DNA of 41,730 bases from contig RBNJ01000099.1 in assembly GCA_003990765.1 (NCBI GenBank), positions 1-41,730 of the forward strand, given 5' to 3'. Numbering within the stretch: position 1 is the first letter of the stretch; each line of letters opens with the position of its first letter. The DNA is from Jimgerdemannia flammicorona. Taxonomy: Eukaryota. This document shows positions 37,561-41,730 of this stretch, in pieces. The notes below the pieces were generated by a model. The model did not search any database and was not told the origin of the DNA. It was given only the letters and a program-made list of their open reading frames with translations. The position numbers and the translations under genes are program-made.

Positions 37561-39655
37561 GTAGTAGCAGTTTACAATCCAATTCTGCTTCAAGACACTT
37601 CCTCACCCCGCTACAAACCCTTCTGAGAATTCCTACAAGTTGGTATAAAGCCCAACCTCTGAACTGGAATTTATCCTGAACTATCTGACAATCTGGAGAG
37701 AATTGAACCTGACATACAAGGACAATTTGACCTCTACACCTGTAACAAGTGGGACAAACTTCATTCTAAAAAAGAAGTACTCCGGTTAAACCAGCAAATA
37801 GGTGAAACCCTATTCACTAAACTCCTTGCACTATACTCAGCAAGTCATAATGAAGAAGGTCTTATTGAAGCCTTCTTTACTCTTCTCAATAAGAGTTTTG
37901 TCAGCTCCACAAATCCGAGTGACCTAGGACAACCAGCAGCAGTCTTTCTAGCCTTAGTTCCTCACGAAGCCCAAGCCTCTGTAGCCAAGTGGCTCAACTC
38001 TACCAACTTTCACCGCACCAGGACTAAGACTGCCTTATACTACCGATTCCAGAACAGCAAGGCCTGCCATATCCTTAAAGAAGAAGCAAGAGAAACCCTT
38101 CATCAACTACCTGACCCTGAACCTGAAGCAGGCCCTGCTACAGCCCTACCTGAATCTGAAATTAACACCGAACCTGAACTTGACTTTGAATTAAGTCTAT
38201 CTGAAATCAGATATACAACTGATTCTGTCTACTTTGATACTGAGCAAACCCAATTACACAGGGACCAAACCGAAGAAGAGGAGGAGTATCTCAGTGAATT
38301 CGATCCCAGATATACCACTGAAGGAGAAGTACCTCCATCAGGACAGAATATACCTATATAGCAACAAATAGTTATCTATCTAGCCCTCACTCCAGACCCA
38401 CAACTACTACTCCAGCAACTTACACAGACCCAAAGAACTCCATCACATTCTGCACCAGTACCTCAAGTAGTACCAGTAACACCACTACCAGCAGTCCAAC
38501 TGCCTCCAGTAAACAACATGGCTAACCAATAGATTCTTGATCTTACAGCCCAAGTAGCCATAATGGCAGCAACCATTACTGCCTTAGCTGAACAGACCCG
38601 ACCTACCAAAAATCTGAGCTTATCTATCTTCAATGGTACTGCACAAGAAGTCCAAAGCTTCATTAGTATAGTTGACACCAACTTTGAAGCCAATCAATGG
38701 ACTAATGAGCGAGTTGCTGACCGCATTCTGACAAATAATCAAGACCACACTCTGGAACAACTCTTTGCTACCACTATAGCCTATGTCTACCGAGTTGTTA
38801 CATTCTTCCAAGGACCTGCCGAAGAATGGTGGCAAACCCTTCCTGAAAAACCCCTCACATGGGATACCCAACCTACAGTAGTTGCCCAGAATGCAGCAAA
38901 CAATGCCCCAGGATATGGAGCCCATCCTGCAGCCCCTGGACTCAAACAACTCATGATTGCTCAATACCACAGCGAAACCATGATTGCTGAATCTCAAGTA
39001 AAACTCTGCAACCTCAAATTTGATATATATGGCAAAGAAGAATTCAAAACCTTCTGTACAAAACTTGAGTCACTCCTGAACACTGTTGGCCTAGGATATA
39101 TTGCCAATGACGAAGCATGAAATAGTATAAGAGCAGACCATTTATTTGATGCTCTGCCTGAATGGCTTACTAGAAAAATCTGAGAGCAAGGCTGCCCAGT
39201 TAGTTGTGATCACTAATAATGGTGCCTGACAAGAATCAAGACCATGGTCAAGCAAATCCTAATAGCCAGACCAATTCTGCCCCAAAGACAATTCAATAAC
39301 AAGGAAAAGACTTGGACCAAGAAAGAAGAACCCAAGCATGAAGCATCCCAAGCTCCCTCCACATCCACCTCTTGGACACCCAGAAACCATAAACCCACCC
39401 AGCCAAGTACCTTCAAGAAACTTACTGAAGGTGAAAGAAATGAACTTCAAAGAAGTGGAGTATGTTTCTATTGCCGAAAGACAGGACACATGGCCAGTGC
39501 CTGCCCCAACCGAAAACCCTGAACAGCAATACGAGCAACTGTTACCACTCTTCACCACCTCAACAACCTGACCACCAGAACACTAGACTTTGTCAAGTTA
39601 AGACAAACTGCTAAGGCCCCAACCAAAGGAAGTCAAAAACATCTTTCTCCAGTAA
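37561..39655 (+). pseudogene. gag of family-A Ty3/Gypsy element with long N-terminal extension; interrupted by a LINE
   Basis: FNGTAQEVQSFI, FFQGPAEEWWQ, KLTEGERNELQRSGVCFYCRKTGHMASAC (CCHC knuckle); single frame with transition-type stops. Confidence 0.85.
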
Positions 39656-41730
39656 CATTCAGGTTACACAACCCTTTGGCAACACTTTCGACACAGTTTC
39701 TGGAGAAAAGCTACTAGTTTTATGGCAACCAACGAACATCCGGAGGTGCATACTGGGCAGGGTGGCCCTAGAGCGTTTGACTGGCAGCAAGTGGGGAGAG
39801 GCCCCAGCCTGGGGGGAAGTATGAGGGGCCTGCTGGCAGGGGGCCGCAGTGGAAGAGGGGGTGGAGCTGGAGGTCAAGGATCCGGCAGGGTGAGCTTTGC
39901 GGAGAAGGTGAAGGGGGGTCGACAGGGAGCTGGACTGGAGAGCTGGCTGAGAGGGGGGAGGGTACCGGTGGCGGCTTTCAGGCAGCAACCGCTTGGAGGT
40001 GCCTCTCTGGAGGGCCATAGGAGAGGAGCTGGGGGAGTAGCGGCTGGGGCGGGGACTGCTGATGGGGGTGTGACAGGTGATCTGGAAAAAAATCTAGATG
40101 GGACTGCTGATGGTGTGCTGAGCAGTGGGAAGGGCACGAGGCCCAGGGACCTGGCGGATGGTGTAACGGGACTGGCAGTGGCTCCGTTACTCAAGAAGTC
40201 GATCTCAGCATTCGCAGTCACACTGTGCTTCAGGGGCTTAGCAGTAACGGCAAAAATGGTGCTGGGGCTTATTGCTAAGCAGGTGGCAGGAGCGGCTTCG
40301 GTGAAGTTTCTGAAGGGACTGGAGGGGGTGGAGGTGGGATTTGAGGAGGTGGAACTGCTGGAGGAGGCGCTGAAGGTTGGGTTAGTGGTTGGGGAGGTGT
40401 ATGTTCCAATGGCAAGGTGCTTGAAATGGGATCCAAGGGTGGTCCAACTGCTGGTGAAAGGAGTACCCACGGTGATGGCGATGGAGACAAAGAAGAGAGT
40501 GGAGGATGTCATGGCGGAGTATGGCGAGGTAGTGGATATCGGATTCAGGGTCTGGGAAGGGACCGCGCTCAGGACTGGGAATGTGGATGTGAGGATTCGG
40601 CTAGCTGGGAAAGAGGCTACTGGGAAGACGAGGGACTGGCCTTCGGTGTTGGTCTGGGGGGCCTTTCTATGCAAGGTGACGCGGGTGAAGGGGAGTGAAG
40701 AAGAGGAGGAAGATTTATTGGAAGCGCTGGAGGAGCTGGATGGGGCTGTGGAACGGCAAGCTAAGGCTTGGAAGACTTTCGAGGAGTCGACGCTTCTGGA
40801 GGTGGTGGATGGAAAGAGGATTTGAGTGGACAAGGTGCAGTGGGAAAGGGCTCAAGGACGGAAGAGGCAGAAGGATTTGCTGGCCAAGCTGGAGGGTGGT
40901 CATCAGAAGGATGCGAGCATGAAGACAGGTACAGAAGGGGCCGGAGCAAGTGTCTGGGCTGGTGAGAGGAGTGGGAATGAAGGGGCAGGGTCCGGAAAGG
41001 CTAAGGAGGTGGAGATTAGAGACCTATATGCTGACGGCACCTTGGAGATTTGGGACGCCGGCTGGGAGAACTCCCCCACCCCTTCCCCTCTAATCAGGTG
41101 TGGCCCGGCTTCCAGGAATAAGCCTGGGGAGGACGTGACGATGCTGGGAACCCAGCAGGTGAAATTCAGTGTTCCGGAGGTGTTGGATGGAGACCAAGTG
41201 GGGGCAGCAGGGGAGGAGGAACTGGTAGATGTCCCAGAGGTGTGGGATGAGGACGCGAGCGTGGGAGCGGACACCACAATGCTGGATAGAGGGAGGCCGG
41301 CGACCCCGGGTGGTAAGGAGGTGGGGAACCTACTTTGGATGTGCCGGATGATGAATAACCTGGCGGCGGACGAGCTGGGGGAGGTGGACTTGCGTGGGAT
41401 GAGTGATGAGCACTGGATGAGAATTTTGCAGGGGGAAGGAGTGGCGATGGTGCTGAAGGCGGAAATTCTCGTAGTGTACCTGGCGGAGGAAGGGTATGAG
41501 GTGGATAAGGAGAGGGAGGCAGTGGTCGCGGGGGAGAAGGCTGAATACTGTTGGAACAGGCGTCATGGGTTGCAACTTTGGCAGGAGGCTTGCATCGAGT
41601 ACCGTGAGGAGTTTGAGGAGAAGGCTGATGAGGAGATGAATGAGCTGTTGGCTGGACTGGAGGCTCAGAGGGCCGAAGAGGAGGAGGTGATGGCTGAACA
41701 TAATCTGGACACGGCATGGGAGGAGAGGGG
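39656..41730 (+). mobile_element. Young non-LTR retrotransposon (probably L1/Tx1-like), 5' portion; left boundary approximate
   Basis: Abrupt switch to G-rich, CpG-containing sequence; ORF1-like protein. Confidence 0.7.
39722..41730 (+). CDS. LINE ORF1-like protein (RRM-like core, acidic tail); one TGA at 40823-40825; runs off the window
   Basis: VSFAEKV, LLVKGVP...VMAEYGEVVDI...TGN resemble L1/Tx1 ORF1; the frame stays open from 40826 to the window end. Confidence 0.65.

Noticed and set aside
39874-41717. Long antisense ORFs (319 aa, 183 aa) and the alternative-frame ORF 1576-2379
   Set aside because: Shadow ORFs caused by compositional skew; no recognisable motifs.

Overview
Eukaryotic, probably fungal (inferred), heterochromatin-like window made almost entirely of nested and decaying transposable elements; no host gene was recognised. 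From left to right: (1) an endonuclease-less Penelope-like retroelement (1-~2975); (2) a hAT-like relic with an adjacent 2-kb solo LTR (family A, TSD GTAAG) that holds a second solo LTR (family B); (3) a 5'-truncated L1/Tx1-type LINE with a poly(A) tail and a 14-bp TSD; (4) three related Ty3/Gypsy elements: B (11453-18145, +), C (19894-26577, -) and D (28225-35538, -); (5) a family-A element inserted in the 5' LTR of D and itself interrupted by a young LINE. B, C and D share an unusual layout. One gag-PR-(Cys/His motif)-dUTPase-RT-RNaseH frame stops at CATGAATAA, the integrase follows as a separate +1-frame ORF whose ATG overlaps that stop, and a 3' accessory ORF follows. Apparent relatives of the accessory domain also occur inside the long LTRs of families A and D. 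Copies show a graded C>T/G>A decay.
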